Shown: positions 1 through 13,368, counted from the stretch's first letter. The stretch: DNA of 40,525 bases from Catajapyx aquilonaris (GCA_000934665.2 JYFJ02004766.1:1-40525), one strand, 5' to 3'. Program-made: numbers and translations. Notes: generated by a model from the sequence alone, not told the origin.

Positions 1-322
1 GATGCTTGTCCGCCCCCCTCCTCCTCCTCCTCCTCCTCTTCTCGAGAGGATGCTGTTTGTATAGATACGTTCTGCCCAAAAGCTGGCACATATCATCTCC
101 TCAGCAAAGCAGCAGCCATTGTGATTTCGGTCTCAGACAACCTTTCACAACCGGAACATCCGTCATGACGACTGATGCTATTACTCCTTGCGTGTGATCA
201 AATATGCAGAACAAGGTGGAATATATATTTTAGGTGATGGAACAGCCTATGGGACTGATGATCTATACAGGGTATACGGTCCAGAGATATGAAAAGAGTG
301 TTGATATCGGTTCAGTTTATTT

Positions 323-1000
323 AGGGCCTGGTCCAGCCTCACTTGCCATTGACGTCATCGTTTCGCTTGCCAACTCATATATAGTCAACGAAAATCTGCC
401 GAACGCACCCCCTGGAATATCCCACTTTTCTGTAGTTTTCCATGACGATGTCCTCATATACAACAATATGAGTAAACAGTCATATGTGTACATTTGGAAC
501 CTATTTTTGAACCGCCCGGGCCCACACGGGCAGGATGGCAGGAGGGGATGTGCAAAGTGCAGTGCGCGGACTGATATGGGTACATTTTGTGAACTCCTCC
601 GGGGGTGGATATGTCTATTGGAGATTCCACATGAGACGAAGCCAGAGACGACCTAAACTCTGCACGAGATGAAGGGGGTGTCCCCGGGCTGGGATCGAAT
701 TACCGCAGCGCCACTCCGCCTCTCCTTATTCGCTTACCAACTCATAGTCAGCGGAAATCTACCGAACGCACCCTTGGAACATCCCCACTTTTCTAGTTTT
801 TCATGAAGATGTTCTCATATGCAACAATATGAGTAAACAATGTCAACAAAAAGAACACTGTTTACTCCGATTGTTGTAGGACATCGCCATGGAAAACCTG
901 AAAAGTGGGATGTTCCAGGGGGTGCGTTCGGCAGATCTCCGTTGACTATATGAGTTGGTAAGCGAAAGGATGACGTCAATGGCAAGTTAGGCTGGGCCTA
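323..1000. mobile_element. MITE/foldback element with ~150-bp terminal inverted repeats and an internal partial direct copy
   Basis: 331-480 (CCAGCCTCACTTGCCATTGACGTCATC...GAGTAAACAGT) is the reverse complement of 857-997 (ACTGTTTACTC...GATGACGTCAATGGCAAGTTAGGCTGG). 729-840 directly repeats part of the left arm. No transposase ORF. Confidence 0.8.
499..728 (-). mobile_element. Possible tRNA-derived SINE fragment nested in the foldback element
   Basis: Minus strand reads GGCGGAGTGG (A-box-like, 720-711) then TTCGATCCC (B-box-like, 699-691) and a GC-rich body. A-B spacing is abnormally short, so it is degenerate. Confidence 0.4.
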
Positions 1001-1021
1001 GTATATGGAGGAAAAAACGCA

Positions 1022-1352
1022 ATTTTTAGACGTTTCCTAATCAAAAAAATGTCTTACAGAATGACTCTGTCTGTCCGCCTGTGGACAGGGTATCACGGCC
1101 TAAATATCCTGCGGTGTAACGTGCCTCTTAGAGGAGATAGTGACAAACGGGTTTCTGATTCGGATTCAGCAGACTCTAAAGAGGACAACTTCCTATGTGA
1201 CAGGCTTCTTCCGGTTTTCCTGCTCCACTCTACCCGGTCACAAATCTAAAATAATTTCAACCCGAAGTTGTCAAGCCTGATTTCCCATTGTCCAAAATGA
1301 GAAAAAAAGTCTACTCGAATCACCCTCACGAGATTTGCCAATCTCGTTTATT
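1022..1352 (+). mobile_element. Non-autonomous Helentron/DINE-1-like element (HINE)
   Basis: 5' TTTTTAGACGTTTCC, a short GTCY tract (CTGTCTGTCCGCCTGT), a degenerate inverted copy AAAAGTCTA near 1305-1313, and a perfect 3' stem-loop ACGAGATT-TGCC-AATCTCGT (1328-1347) followed by T-rich sequence. Confidence 0.5.
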
Positions 1353-4300
1353 ATTTACAGTGTGATGTAGGCTATATGATGATGAACACAATATTTTGTC
1401 ATGCCATTTTTCCTATAATATGGTACTAATTTGTCTTCATTGCTGCTTCTCGTCACTCTGATGATTTCTGGGATGCACGTCTCATATGGAGCATTTGCAC
1501 CACCCTGTATAAAAATCCAACAATTGCTCTCGCTCTCTCTCTCTCATTTTTTTTTTTTTTTTTGTCAGAGCGTGCAGGATTTTGATTCCCTCCCTCTCTC
1601 TCTGTAGGATAGAGCCGAGTCCAACACGACCTAATTCGCCTCTATCCTTTTTTGTTGTCAGGAAGGGAACGTTGACAAATGTGAGCGGAACATGGTGGGG
1701 AGGGCTTAACTCGACCAACATGTCGATGAACTGAATCAACTTATGGAATGGGCAGAAAAAGAAGGGAATTTCCCAATATTTGCCGTGTGCTCTAGGCTCA
1801 TCTGCAACAGCAGCAGCAGTCGAGAGCCAGCAGAATAGGCTTAATGCATAAATTCTCCTCAACGCTCGGCCGGAATTTGATTTCTGCTCTGACAACTAAC
1901 TGGAAATGGAATTTGGCTGGGGATGTAAAAAGTGCTGGGACGGGGGGGGAATGGGAGGAGAGGGGAGGGGGGGAAGAGTGGAAAAGCACAGAGCCAAGTA
2001 TATATCTTTCCCATTGGTATATATACTATGGGAGTGGGATGGGAAAAGCGGGGTTTCAACTTATTCCGTCTCTCGCAAGGGTTCACATATTTCCGCTGAA
2101 ATATCTCAATTTCATGCACACTGAAAGAGAGACACGTTCACGTATGGGCTGCCAGCAGGAATTTATCGTAGAATTTACGGTTGAATTATCCTGAAATTTT
2201 TAGGGCCGTAATCTGCTGCTTTTTATTAAGCATTTTTATCTCCTCTCTCTCTGATAGCAGTTACTTCTAGGCAGGGTACTCTACTGGAAATATATCCATT
2301 TCATGCCCTGAACTGAAATAAATCTAGATTATAAAATTAGAAATGGTCTATTAGGAATCATTAGTGTCACGTAATTTTGCACGCAAGACCCCACATTATA
2401 CTTACAGTGGTCATTACGTAAAATTACTACAAAATTTTGTAATACGAATATATCACAAAAAAACAAGAAAAATGATCCTAAGGAATCCTCAAAAAGGTTC
2501 GTTTTGGTAATGCATGCACCTTTTATAGTAGGCCTATACAATCTACAGTCCATTTTTTAAAAAATCCCTGTATTGCCCAGAGAGCAAAAAAAAAGAGGCT
2601 GGGGCAAAAATGTCCATCTGCGAGGGAACATAAAAAGTGCATATGTCGGACACATGCAGACTTTGGGAGATACGGATGTCGCCTAGCAGCAGAACCCACA
2701 TGACCTGGAGGAAGGATGGGGCTTTTGAATGAAGTGCGTTCCCCCGGAAGCAATCTAAAGGGGGAGGGTTTTTTTTTTTTGGGGGGGGGAGGACAACNGG
2801 GGGGGGGGGGGAGGACAACTCGCCCGCACTCGCAGCACACTCTAGAAAACCAGCCTCTAGGGACCCCCCGGTAGCCTCTGGATGTGGATGCCAGTGTGGG
2901 TGCCCAAACTCTCCGCAACTGAAAAAAATGACCCTGCAGGAATAACCATTAGTTACCACCATTAATAGTGGCCCTCAATAAAATAATGGCAACACTAATC
3001 GACGCTGGTTGCATCCCCATTGATTAACCTCCTCATTTTACTAATCTCCCAGTGTCACTCGGATCAATGGCAACCCCCTCCCAGTGTGACACCCTTTCCT
3101 TTTCACATTCGACTCATTAATTGATCAGCATGAATCTTATTCTCTGGCAGAGTGCGGGTTTCCCTCGACACTTTGAACCGGAACAAAACGGTATTGACAT
3201 GTTGTGTTAGTCACACTCTTATCCGCCATTGTTGCAGGCTGCGATTCAGGAAGAATAGGGAGGGATTGTTTTCTCCACAAGTTCATCCTGACTGCTAGAT
3301 AACCTATGCGCCTCTGTTGAACAACCGGTTGCAGAATGTACAGGAGCATTTTGCCATCGTATTACCCAGATTTTTTTTAAAAAATTAAAATATTAATTCT
3401 TATTTCGTTTAAAAAATAAAATGTCGAGCATTGTTTTTTTTCTTCCTCATCTTCTATATATCCTGCACACACACACACACACAAAAATCCGATGTCGAAA
3501 ATATAATTGAACGCGTTCCCATGCAGTTTTCGTGCACTTCCTGGCATGGCCGTCAGACCCTCTCTTGGCCTGTGTGGGATTGATGTAATTTCCTCCAAGA
3601 GAGCTTCGCATGCCTTTTGTGAGGGGGTTTCCATCTTTCTGGCTGCATTGCGTGCCCAACGGCTCTTGGCTTTCACAATGCGCCATGCAACACCACAACA
3701 GCAGAGGAGGCCAGAGACTTCTCTCTCTCTCTACCCCCCCTCTCAACAACATTTTCTTCCCCACTTGGAACCTATAGACTATTATTCCCATGCCCTCTGC
3801 TTCTCGGGAGCCACCGTCCGCTCAATTGCATTAGTATCCGCCCAGTACAGAATGAAAACATTTCATAAAATGTTATTTTCACGTGAAGAGGACACCCAGC
3901 TTGGAAATAGAACCAGATTTTTTTGTGCTGTGAAGGAGTTGAAGAAAAAAAAAAGTTGCATACAGTAAACTTCAAGTGCGATTATTCATAATTAAGTTCC
4001 AATTAGTGTAAGGACAGTTGACTCCGGAGAGGCTTCGAGACACCCCGTTATAACCGAGCTTTTTCAACGAATATGCACAAGAGGCCATACTATGTGGACA
4101 GTGTCACTAGCTTCATCAGCAACTGCAAAATTCGTCTCTGGGAGAGTGTCGATGCCTTTTTTTTGTGGAAAAATCCGTGACTCTGGTTTTCTGGCGCTAC
4201 AGTTAAAGGAGCCGGAAATCCATTTCTGCTCTAAATATCGGAAACGATGGATGCCGCAAACACATCCTTTTCAACCCTCCCATCAATTCTACCCTTCTCT

Positions 4301-5821
4301 TTGCAGCAGCAAGCCCAAGGGGTAGGGGGTGGGAGAGAGAGTTTTCATCTACCCATCCCATCCATCTATCCATCCCATCCAATCCCCACCCCCTTGGAAT
4401 GAACACTAGCTCCCCCCCCCTCTCCCAAACCCTCTAACCATCAAACCCCCCCTCGAAATGTCGGCGGAAGAGATGAGAACATCGGCACATGTTAGCCCAG
4501 AAATCAAAAGCTGCTCACAGCTAACTTAATTACAGCCGCGAGCATCAGCTAACGCAAATCAGTCACAGAGAATAAGCTGGATGCCTGTTTCCACAATTGA
4601 TGAACTGTGCACATGGTGCTTTTTTATGCAGCTTTTTTTTTTGAGGGGGGGATGAAGGGTGGGAGGGTTCCCCCCCTTCCCCCCCCCAAAAAAAATCCCG
4701 ATAACAAGGCGCAATTCTCTTTCCGGGGTGGCCTCGTTTTTTTTCGATTCTTTTATTTTTTTTCTCTTTCGAAAAAGGTGAGAGCAGCCACTCGCTGGTT
4801 TCTCCTGCACTCGATCAATTTCATTTAACCCTGAGTGAAGGTTTTGACTCGTGATTTTTCACCCTTTGATTTATTTCCACACCTTTTTTTTTCCCCCTCC
4901 CCCGTTCCTTTCGAAAGGCCCCCGAGTTGCAACAGAAAGGCGGGCCTGTTAGTTTCGCAACAAGGTTATTACCTGATGCTTCCGAAGAAAAGGAGCGGAG
5001 AGTGAGTTGTTGCAAATACAGTTTCAGACATGAGGATTAAGATGGACTCTTCTTTCCTGAAAAAAAAATCATTGTTATATATATTTTTTCATATCTGAGA
5101 GTCTATCAGTACATACTGTACATGTCCATACTGATGATAACTATACATACTGATCTTCACATTCCGAACAAATTGCTTGTCCAGCAGAATAACGAACAAA
5201 TTGAGAAAATAAGCCTCCATTGCATTCAGATCCCTGGGGGTGTTGTACTTGAGTGTCATTGCCCATCACTGTATGGCCAATTAATTTAATCGCCCGACGG
5301 CTTTTAACTCGCCCATCGTTTTCCTGCGGCCATTTGTAATTATATGGCCATCCCAGCAGGCAGCCGATCGTGCCCGTTGCATATAGCCTGGTTTGTGTGT
5401 ATATATAAAGGGGGCAGTGATTGTGGTTCGCCGGTCCAACAACAATTATTCTATGGCGCGGAAGTGGAGGCCCCAAAGGCTCTGCTTTTGGTCTGCTTGC
5501 TGCTGGGAATGCGTTAGTTTATACTGCACGTGGTGCTTCCAAGATTCATTTCCTCGGCTGCCCAGTCAAAATGCTAAGTGCTTTACCTTTGAGGCAATTT
5601 CAGCATGGGAAATTGCACTGGGGTTGAAAGGGCCGGTTGCTGCTATACACACACACAGCACACTTCCAGCACTAAATGTAGGTCTATTTAACTTCCCAAT
5701 TGGCTAAGAACATATACAGTAGCTGTTGAAGTGAAAATGTTCAAAAAATTGAATATGTCGCATAATATATTACTGACATCACAGTGCTTAATTTATTGCT
5801 CAAGGTATCTATTTTTAAGAT

Positions 5822-6090
5822 CATTTCATGAATGTTCCTGAACAATAATTAACAAAAATTGAGCTGAAATTATTTTTTGGACGTGTATAGTACATTTCAT
5901 GATTGCTCGTGAACAAAAATTCGCAATAATTTTGCTGAAATTATTTTAGGAGGTGTATATAGTACATTTCATGAATGTTTTACATTGATCCGGTTAGCTA
6001 ATTTTACGCTTATTTCATACATTACTTCATGAACAATAATTCACAATAATAATTGTGCCGAATTTATTTCAGGAGTTGTGTATAGTACTT
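5822..6090. repeat. Degenerate ~70-bp tandem repeat (~3 copies)
   Basis: Recurring blocks CATTTCATGA...TGAACAA(T/A)AATT...GCTGAAATTATTTT..GG..GTGTATAGTAC. Confidence 0.7.
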
Positions 6091-8639
6091 TTAATTAAAC
6101 TGACATGTTAAGCCCAAAATAGGCGTCACAATAGTTCGGCCCTAATTTGAACTCACAACATCAACCGGCTATTTCTCAACTTGATATCATGGCGAGCATA
6201 AGATACATCTGTATCCAGCGTTGATTTTTATGGTAATAACATGTGATTTGCATGTCATTTAAAAAATGTATAAAAAAATTAACCAAGCCGCCGCATTGAG
6301 CTGCATCAACACTTTTGGCAAGCGAGCAGCGATTATAAAATGAAAACCCGTGCTCCAATTGTCGCAATAACATCTATTATTATGCAAATTCCATCATGTT
6401 ATATACGCAAAATTCCCGGGGCCAGCTAGTTAGCTGCAAACATGACGAGGGGGGGTGGCCAGAGCTTTTTCAATTTTGGCAGCACTTCACCTAGCATACG
6501 GCCTGCCACCAGTGGGAGGGGGTGCGCTAATGATGTAATTTTTGTTGAATTTTCCAAATCCAAATAATCTCCTGATGCTCTCGAATATACTCGGCGCCCG
6601 TGTTTTCCCTGCAACCGCGCGAAAATCCATTGCCAAGCGCAAATCCACCGATATCCTATCATATGGCACGTAATTGCACACAATGCAGCATAGCCTGTTA
6701 GCCTATTTTGCATATGCATGGGCATAATCGTCGCTGATATCCCAACACCCCCCATCCACCTTTTTTTTCCACACACCCTCCCCTGCCTGCTGGGATATAG
6801 TGTATATGATCCCTTCTCTCTGTAATATCCGATGAGATCGTTGGGCATATTGACTGAAGTCAATTGACAATATAGCGATGATGGAAAAGCGCTAGAACTG
6901 CTGGGACGGTCACATTTAGGTTTTGGACGCAGCTTACGGGTCAAATGGGGCGGCTTGACCGCAACTAAGCAGGTTTGAGTGTCGGTTGTCTTTGTTTCGG
7001 CGTTAAAAACCCTTTGCTCCGGTAATGCCCACAAACAAGCCCTATCGCACACCGTGATTAAAGCAAAAGGGGGGTTGCTCATGGGCATAGTGCCGATGCT
7101 ACGTGTTGCATACGCCCCCCCCCTCTCTCTCACTCNNNNNCTCCCCCCCCCCCCCAACAACCTCTAAATACCAACCCCAGCAGCAGCCTGCGAGAGCCAC
7201 CAACCACTGGCACTCCCTGGTTTACAGAGTGCTTCCACATTTTCATTAAGCGCTCTAACAGGCACAAGTCGAGGGGCTTCAGCACCAAGCCCGCATTTTT
7301 TAACGTGATAATTGGCTTCAAAAAAATATTATTTTCGGCCTAGCTGCAAGAGAGGCACAAAATTATGTACTAAACCATATACAGTAGCAACTTTGGTAGT
7401 CAAAACCATTTTTTCCAATCACTTCTATAGTGCATAAAAATGCTGAACCATCATGCAATGCAATCAGTATGATTTGCTGAATGTGATGTGATGGTCACCA
7501 GTTCTGCATTTGGCTTATCGGCGCATACACCGAAAGCGATTCGAAACGTCGGAAGCGCGGCGATAATCCATAAAATAGCCACATGAGAAACACGAGTTTT
7601 TGGGTTTTGGTTTCCACTCTTTGCTGGCAGCGGTCCACACAGGCGATGCGGAAACATCGCCGCCAACCGATTGTGGTCTGAAAATGCTGCTGGATGCTGC
7701 CCAATGTTGTTATGTACCAGCAGCAGGGGGCATCAGCACCACACAAATCTGCTGCAAAAATGTTGATTCACTATAGGTTCAGCATCCTCGCGATCGTTCA
7801 ACAATATTGCTTAAATTTGATATGAACCAATTTGTCAGTAACTGTACAGACCAGCAGTGGTATGTGCACGTGCTTTTTTTTAAATTAACTGTGAGCACCA
7901 CTTCACCCAAAACGGTCCATTGATGTGTAACCATGTTTCCTTTTGTCGCGTGGAAGGTGAGTGAGGCTCAATTATGAGCCCCCCCTCTAGTTTTTCCACC
8001 CCCCTCGACCCCCCTCTCTTCTATATACCTTTGTGAACCATCGCAGCTTGCCTGATGCGTGAATCCGGCGGCGGGCCCCCGTCAATTGATTTATTTCGTC
8101 CCATCGTTCGCCTTTTCATCCCTCCCGGAGCCTCCTGATCGAGCCTGATGGATGGGAAAAGGGGAAGAAAGAACGGATGAAATAACAAGGCCGCTTTTCC
8201 TGATTAAGCCCCACCAGGTAACAAATACAGAAGGTGGGCCAAGTGGGACATTAACCGCTGCTCACCATCGATCCTCTGCTCATAATCAATCTCCGCAACT
8301 GTGAGGGGGTTACATCTCTCCAAAGGCACATCAAGAGAGGGGGGGTTATGTTAGGCCAAAAAAAAAAGAAGATGCGTCACTTTTGGGCTGCATCCATATT
8401 ATGTAGATTCCCCCCCCCCCTAATTGTAACACGTGCTGTTTGTTGCGGAGCACGCTATTATATTTTAGTGTCAAATTTATTTATTGGCTTACCTTGGGGG
8501 CCGTTCATTACGTTACGCTGAGTTATGCTGATTTTCAATTTTTTAACTATACTGCCCTAATGTCACGAACAGTCACGTTGGGACTGACGCCCCTCCAAAT
8601 AAAGTAGCTGTGGAAAATATTTAATTTCCAATGATGAAA

Positions 8640-8855
8640 TAATTTAATCAAATTAATTTAATTATGGTGAATTGAATCAAATGAATTAATTTTGGAGAAT
8701 TATTTGAATCAGACTAATTAATTTTGGGGAATTAATTGATTCGAACGAATTAATTTTGGCGAATTTATTGAATCACATGAATTAATTTTGGGGAATTAAT
8801 TGAAGCAAGTGAATTTAATTTTGCGCAAATTTATTGAATCAAATTAATTGATTTT
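8640..8855. repeat. AT-rich ~33-bp degenerate tandem repeat
   Basis: About six copies of TTGAATCA...GAATTAATTTTGG(G/C)GAATT. Confidence 0.75.
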
Positions 8856-9028
8856 AGCGAATTAACAAGACTGGCAAATGACGCGAGAGTGATTCGAGTA
8901 TACTTTTTTTCTCATTGCCAAGGCAATTCCAACCGGACAACACCGACATAATGTTGTCGGTCTTATTTTTGGGTTTCCAAGGAACACCAAGGACCTTGAC
9001 TTGGCCTTGGCGGATACAGAATACACCN

Positions 9029-9111
<83 letters not shown>
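9029..9111. repeat. (AT)n microsatellite, ~41 units
   Basis: Pure AT dinucleotide run immediately after an N. Confidence 0.98.
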
Positions 9112-9115
<4 letters not shown>

Positions 9116-10027
9116 GCCGTTTTACGTAATACATACGACGCTTTTGCGCGCGCACACACAAAAAGTGTAAAATGAATGATGCGTCTTAGTTAGTATAGGG
9201 TTTATGATGGCCTCAGTTGCCTCGGCTCTCTCCCGCATCCTGTTGTCCGCGGCATAATTATATAGAATAGACGTTGCCAAATCGGCACAGCAGTTCGGAT
9301 ACCGCAGATCCTCGCCAACTATAACAAGAGAGAGAGCGGTCTCATCTTCACATGTATGTGATGCGGTACAGAGAGCAGCCTCCTCCTGCCTCCCATCCCT
9401 ATATAGTACAGTACTATAGCTCTAGTAGCAGCCCGTCTCATCTCAGCAGCTGAATAGGTGGTCGGGCGGAGGGGAGAGCTTAGGGGTTTAAGGTTGAAAG
9501 ACCAAATGGTTGCAGTAAGTCATGCTTTGGGTGCTCTTCGCTGCAGCTGCCCGAGTCCCATTGAGTCACACGGATTAACTGGCTTACAGTGATGAACACC
9601 ATTTCAGACGGGATTAACTGGCGCTATTGCCATAGCAACGTAATTATCCCCAGCGCTTTTCCACCGCCGCTTAGAGAAGGGCCGGCATTTAGCGAACGAC
9701 GGTCCAAAATCAGGCCTTAATAGAAAGAAAACATGCTCGCTCTGGCGCAACGTGCCGCCTTGCTAATGCCATTGTAATGACGGTTTTGTTGCAAGGGAAA
9801 TGAGATTATCTTTCCTTTTCCTTTTGGTCCCGCTTTTTCAGTGTTGCACACCAACTATATTTTTCTTGCCTTGTTTCCGCATAAACCGCTGCTGCTGGGC
9901 GTCCTTGGACTTCCTCAAGATAGGGCACATTTGCATGTACACTGCCGACTAATTTAAACCCTGCTGTAAGTCCACATGTAAAAGAGGAACATCTAAGTAT
10001 ACACTACAATGCTGGACTTTTATTGTA

Positions 10028-10360
10028 TTTTCAGCGTTGGAGGCGTTGTTGTTATATATCTGGCAACCGCGCCGCCGCCGGGAGTATAGGAGGGCGATTT
10101 CAGACATCAACACGTGATGCGTGCTTATACATTGTTCTTGCCATTGTTGCCACTATTTACAGGGCGCGAGTGATGCTGGGCGACCCAGATTATCCCGCGA
10201 TGCTGTAAGCAGGCAGATATCATTCGCGCCCTGTAAATATAGTGGCAACAATGGCAAGAACACTGTAAGCACGCATCACGTGTTGATGTCTGAAATCGCC
10301 CTCCTACTCCCTGCGGCGGCGCGGTTGCCAGGTAACAACAATGCCGCCAACGCCGGAAAA
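10028..10360. mobile_element. Palindromic MITE-like element / long hairpin (~145-bp arms, ~45-nt loop)
   Basis: 10028-10174 is nearly the reverse complement of 10219-10360 (e.g. GGAGGGCGATTTCAGACATCAACACGTGATGCGTGCTTA vs TAAGCACGCATCACGTGTTGATGTCTGAAATCGCCCTCC). Confidence 0.85.
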
Positions 10361-10379
10361 AAAACATATTTGGGACAGC

Positions 10380-10528
10380 GTGTCGTACTGGTAGCGCCAC
10401 CAGCCGATGGCGGAAAAATAGCTAATCGAAATTCACCACCTTCAACTTCAATAAATCAAGTCATACGAAGGGTGAATTTCGATTCGCTCTTTTTCCGCCA
10501 ACAGCTCGTGGCGCCACCAGTACGACAC
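10380..10528. mobile_element. Second palindromic MITE-like hairpin (~63-bp arms)
   Basis: GTGTCGTACTGGTAGCGCCAC...AATCGAAATTCACC pairs with GGTGAATTTCGATT...GTGGCGCCACCAGTACGACAC. Confidence 0.8.
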
Positions 10529-11637
10529 CATTAAATAATCCCAACTTATAATCAGAAGTTAAGAGGATTGAAACTTGAATTGCTAATAACTATATAGTAT
10601 AGTCTGGGGGGGTCTCCGACCAAAAACGGAGGTGTCGAAGAGTGGACAAGGGTCAAGCAATCGATTCCCAGCAACCGCCTGTGACTTCACACGTGAAGCA
10701 AAAGGGCGTCTGCAATGGGGGGTTGTTTGGGAGGAGGGTGGGCCTCACCCCCCCTATATGCCCTATACAGTTCGGCAGTTGATGGCCCCGCGGCCAATCC
10801 CCGTTCGATGAGGGATTGCCGCGCTTTGGTTAGGAGCAGCAAAGTGCCTCGGGGAGTTAATGGCTCGCGAATAATTTACCCGCAGTAAATGAAAGACGGG
10901 GGAGCCCCGCGCCGCCCTTTATTGCGCACGGACCGCCCTATTTATTGCGGAACCCACGGAATTAAAGGCCAACCGCAAGAAAGAAAAGAAGAAAAAAAAG
11001 ATCAGGCTGGAAAACGACCTCATTTCCGCGGCTACTATACTGTACATTGCTAAGGTGAAAAAGAAAAAAGTCATATGATGCAGCAACTATAGGCCCTACT
11101 GACGAGCGTCTTCATTTCATGGGGTGAAATAAGGCGGCAGTCAAGTGTGCAATTTTGTTCCCAGGTAAATTTCACGCTCTCATGGCATCAGAAAGGTGAA
11201 GGGGGGGAAACCACCATCATCAGGAGATGAGAGCAATGAAAGGTGCATTCTGCAGGGCGGATTCCAAGCCCAATTTGCGATTCTGCATAGACGAGAAGCA
11301 TGCGGAGGTTGTTTCGCTATATAGGATTGCATTCGGAGAGAATTACACGTGTCGCTATAAGGTTTCGCTCGGGTTCATTTATAGGTGAAACTTCTCTGTT
11401 GAAAGCAAGAAGCGGCGCAATATGCACATATAGGGAAGGAACAATATTGCTTCTTGTTTCTTAACAAAATAATGGTTTTGAAGCTAGCATCAGTAGCTAG
11501 CATGTGTGTATTATACAGTATAATATGTAAAGGAAAGTGGGGCATCGATGCACACCATCAGGGGTCGAAATATCAGGATGCAAAGGTGAAATTTGCGCTC
11601 CAATATTGTTTTATGACAACGTTCAGAAAACGTTCTA

Positions 11638-11798
11638 TCGAAAGAGGGAAAATCGCCCTTTCGTTCGAGGTCTTTCAGGAGAAAAGAGGTCAGTTTTCTG
11701 CGAAGAAATTAATTATGATCATTTCTTCGGAAAAAAACTGACCTCTTTTCTCCTGAATGACCTTGATCGACAAAATGCCGATTGTTTTCATCTTTCGA
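11638..11798. mobile_element. Palindromic MITE-like hairpin (~70-bp arms)
   Basis: TCAGGAGAAAAGAGGTCAGTTTT pairs perfectly with AAAACTGACCTCTTTTCTCCTGA; imperfect pairing extends out to TCGAAAGA/TCTTTCGA. Confidence 0.75.
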
Positions 11799-13255
11799 AA
11801 ACTTCAATTCCCATCAGTTGATCAAGTTCATGTTTAGTTTGGACCATTCGATCATATTTTTGTGTAGAAAACTGACCAACTCACACAACTCTTAAATTTC
11901 TGATCGTTCTTTCCGCATCCCCTAACCCAATTTTTCAGATCCTTATCCCCCCCCCCCTTGTTTTTAGGCCATTCCAATTACTGTTTGACTGCTAATGACG
12001 TCCGCCTCTCTCCATGCATCTATAGGACTGTCATCTCATCCCCTGCTCGCACATGAAAATCCACACGCAAGCTACAAAGGAACATCTCCCTAGGTGAGAA
12101 CCCACCACCCTGTCTCTCCCACCCATCAATTTGGAAATCGACCCAGCCATTGAGAGAACAACCCCCCCTCCCTATATATCCCCATCCCCAGCAGCACTAA
12201 TGCGGCTAATATGCGTCCATGTCAGTATCATCAGAAAAGGAGAGGAAGATTCTTCTGCGCATCCCCACAGCCTCCACACTATATAGTTACATACACTCGC
12301 CCTGTGTGCTGCATTAGCGGAAAGAATTACTCAGATGTGCAGATGTTTGCTCCTACATTATTTTTGCATTAACGGGTATGTCATTAGCGATGCCAGGGTG
12401 TGTGTATATATAGAGCAACCCTCTCTCTCTCTCTCTCTCTCTCTCGAATGTGTGGATGTGCAGCACTCTTTTCCTTTTGCAGCCCCGCGGGCTCTTATAA
12501 ATCTAATGCGCTTGTTGGACTTTTTGCATGCATGAATTGAAGCGTGCCGAGAGGGACGGACGGTGGCCGACGCTTCCTCTTTTCCCCGCAAAATTGCCCC
12601 AGGACTATATGCGAAAATGGGGATACTCGCAGGGCCGCACAACTCGTTTCCTACTTTTTTTTTTTTAGAAACCTACCCCCCCTATATATCCCCAGTGTTT
12701 CAAAGCCCCCTTTTTTTCTGCTTTGCGCTACGATAAGAACCGGGTTTTTTTCGCGAAAAAAATATACGAGTTGGGGGACTGAATTGGCGAGGTTGGTTAG
12801 CACATTGCAGGAAAAGGTTAATGTAAAATATTAACGGTGTTCGATGGGATATTCGTGTTCTTGACATCTAGATGGGAGCTAACCCATCACTCGGGGAATG
12901 TGATGTATAGGATGATGAGGGAGGGGAAGGACCAGATGGGAAAATCTAAGCGGAAAGTGATGGGTTCTTTCCAATATGATTTTGGAAACATGTCTTTTAA
13001 ACGAATGCTGTTGACGTCAAAAATTTCTGATCACTGCAAGACACAACAGCAACAGCAAAAAGGTGCAGGCCGACACTCTTTCACGAAAGAAAAAAAAAGT
13101 GATCCAAAATTCAGTAAATCATGTAATAATGATATTTTGACATCAATTTTAAGCAAATAACACTCGAATTGAGCGCATTAAAATTATACTCTCAGAATGT
13201 CATACCTGCTGTGAAATTAAGTCAGTGTTCTTTTCTGTCACTTATATGACCGAAG

Positions 13256-13368
13256 TATGCAGATTTCGCCAGTTTGATTTTAACTGAATGAAGTAGGATC
13301 CGTTTGATATATGTTTCTGGGCTGACATTTTTTGTGGGTTGACGCATTATTGCATAACACTGTCCAAC
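13256..13368 (+). repeat. Dispersed repeat fragment, copy of 14785-14882
   Basis: Shared TATGCAGATTTC..TGATTTTAAC.GAATGAAGTA and TTTTTTGTGGGTTGAC.CATTATTGCATAACAC.GTCCAA. Confidence 0.75.

Noticed and set aside
234..7746. ORFs of 100-244 aa in the left non-coding tract (e.g. 234-656, 3507-3968, 6426-7160, 7495-7746)
   Set aside because: They run through repeats, homopolymers or Ns, often have non-ATG starts, and show no domain similarity or splice-consistent partners.
8854..9175. ORFs with (IY)n runs
   Set aside because: Translations of the (AT)n microsatellite.
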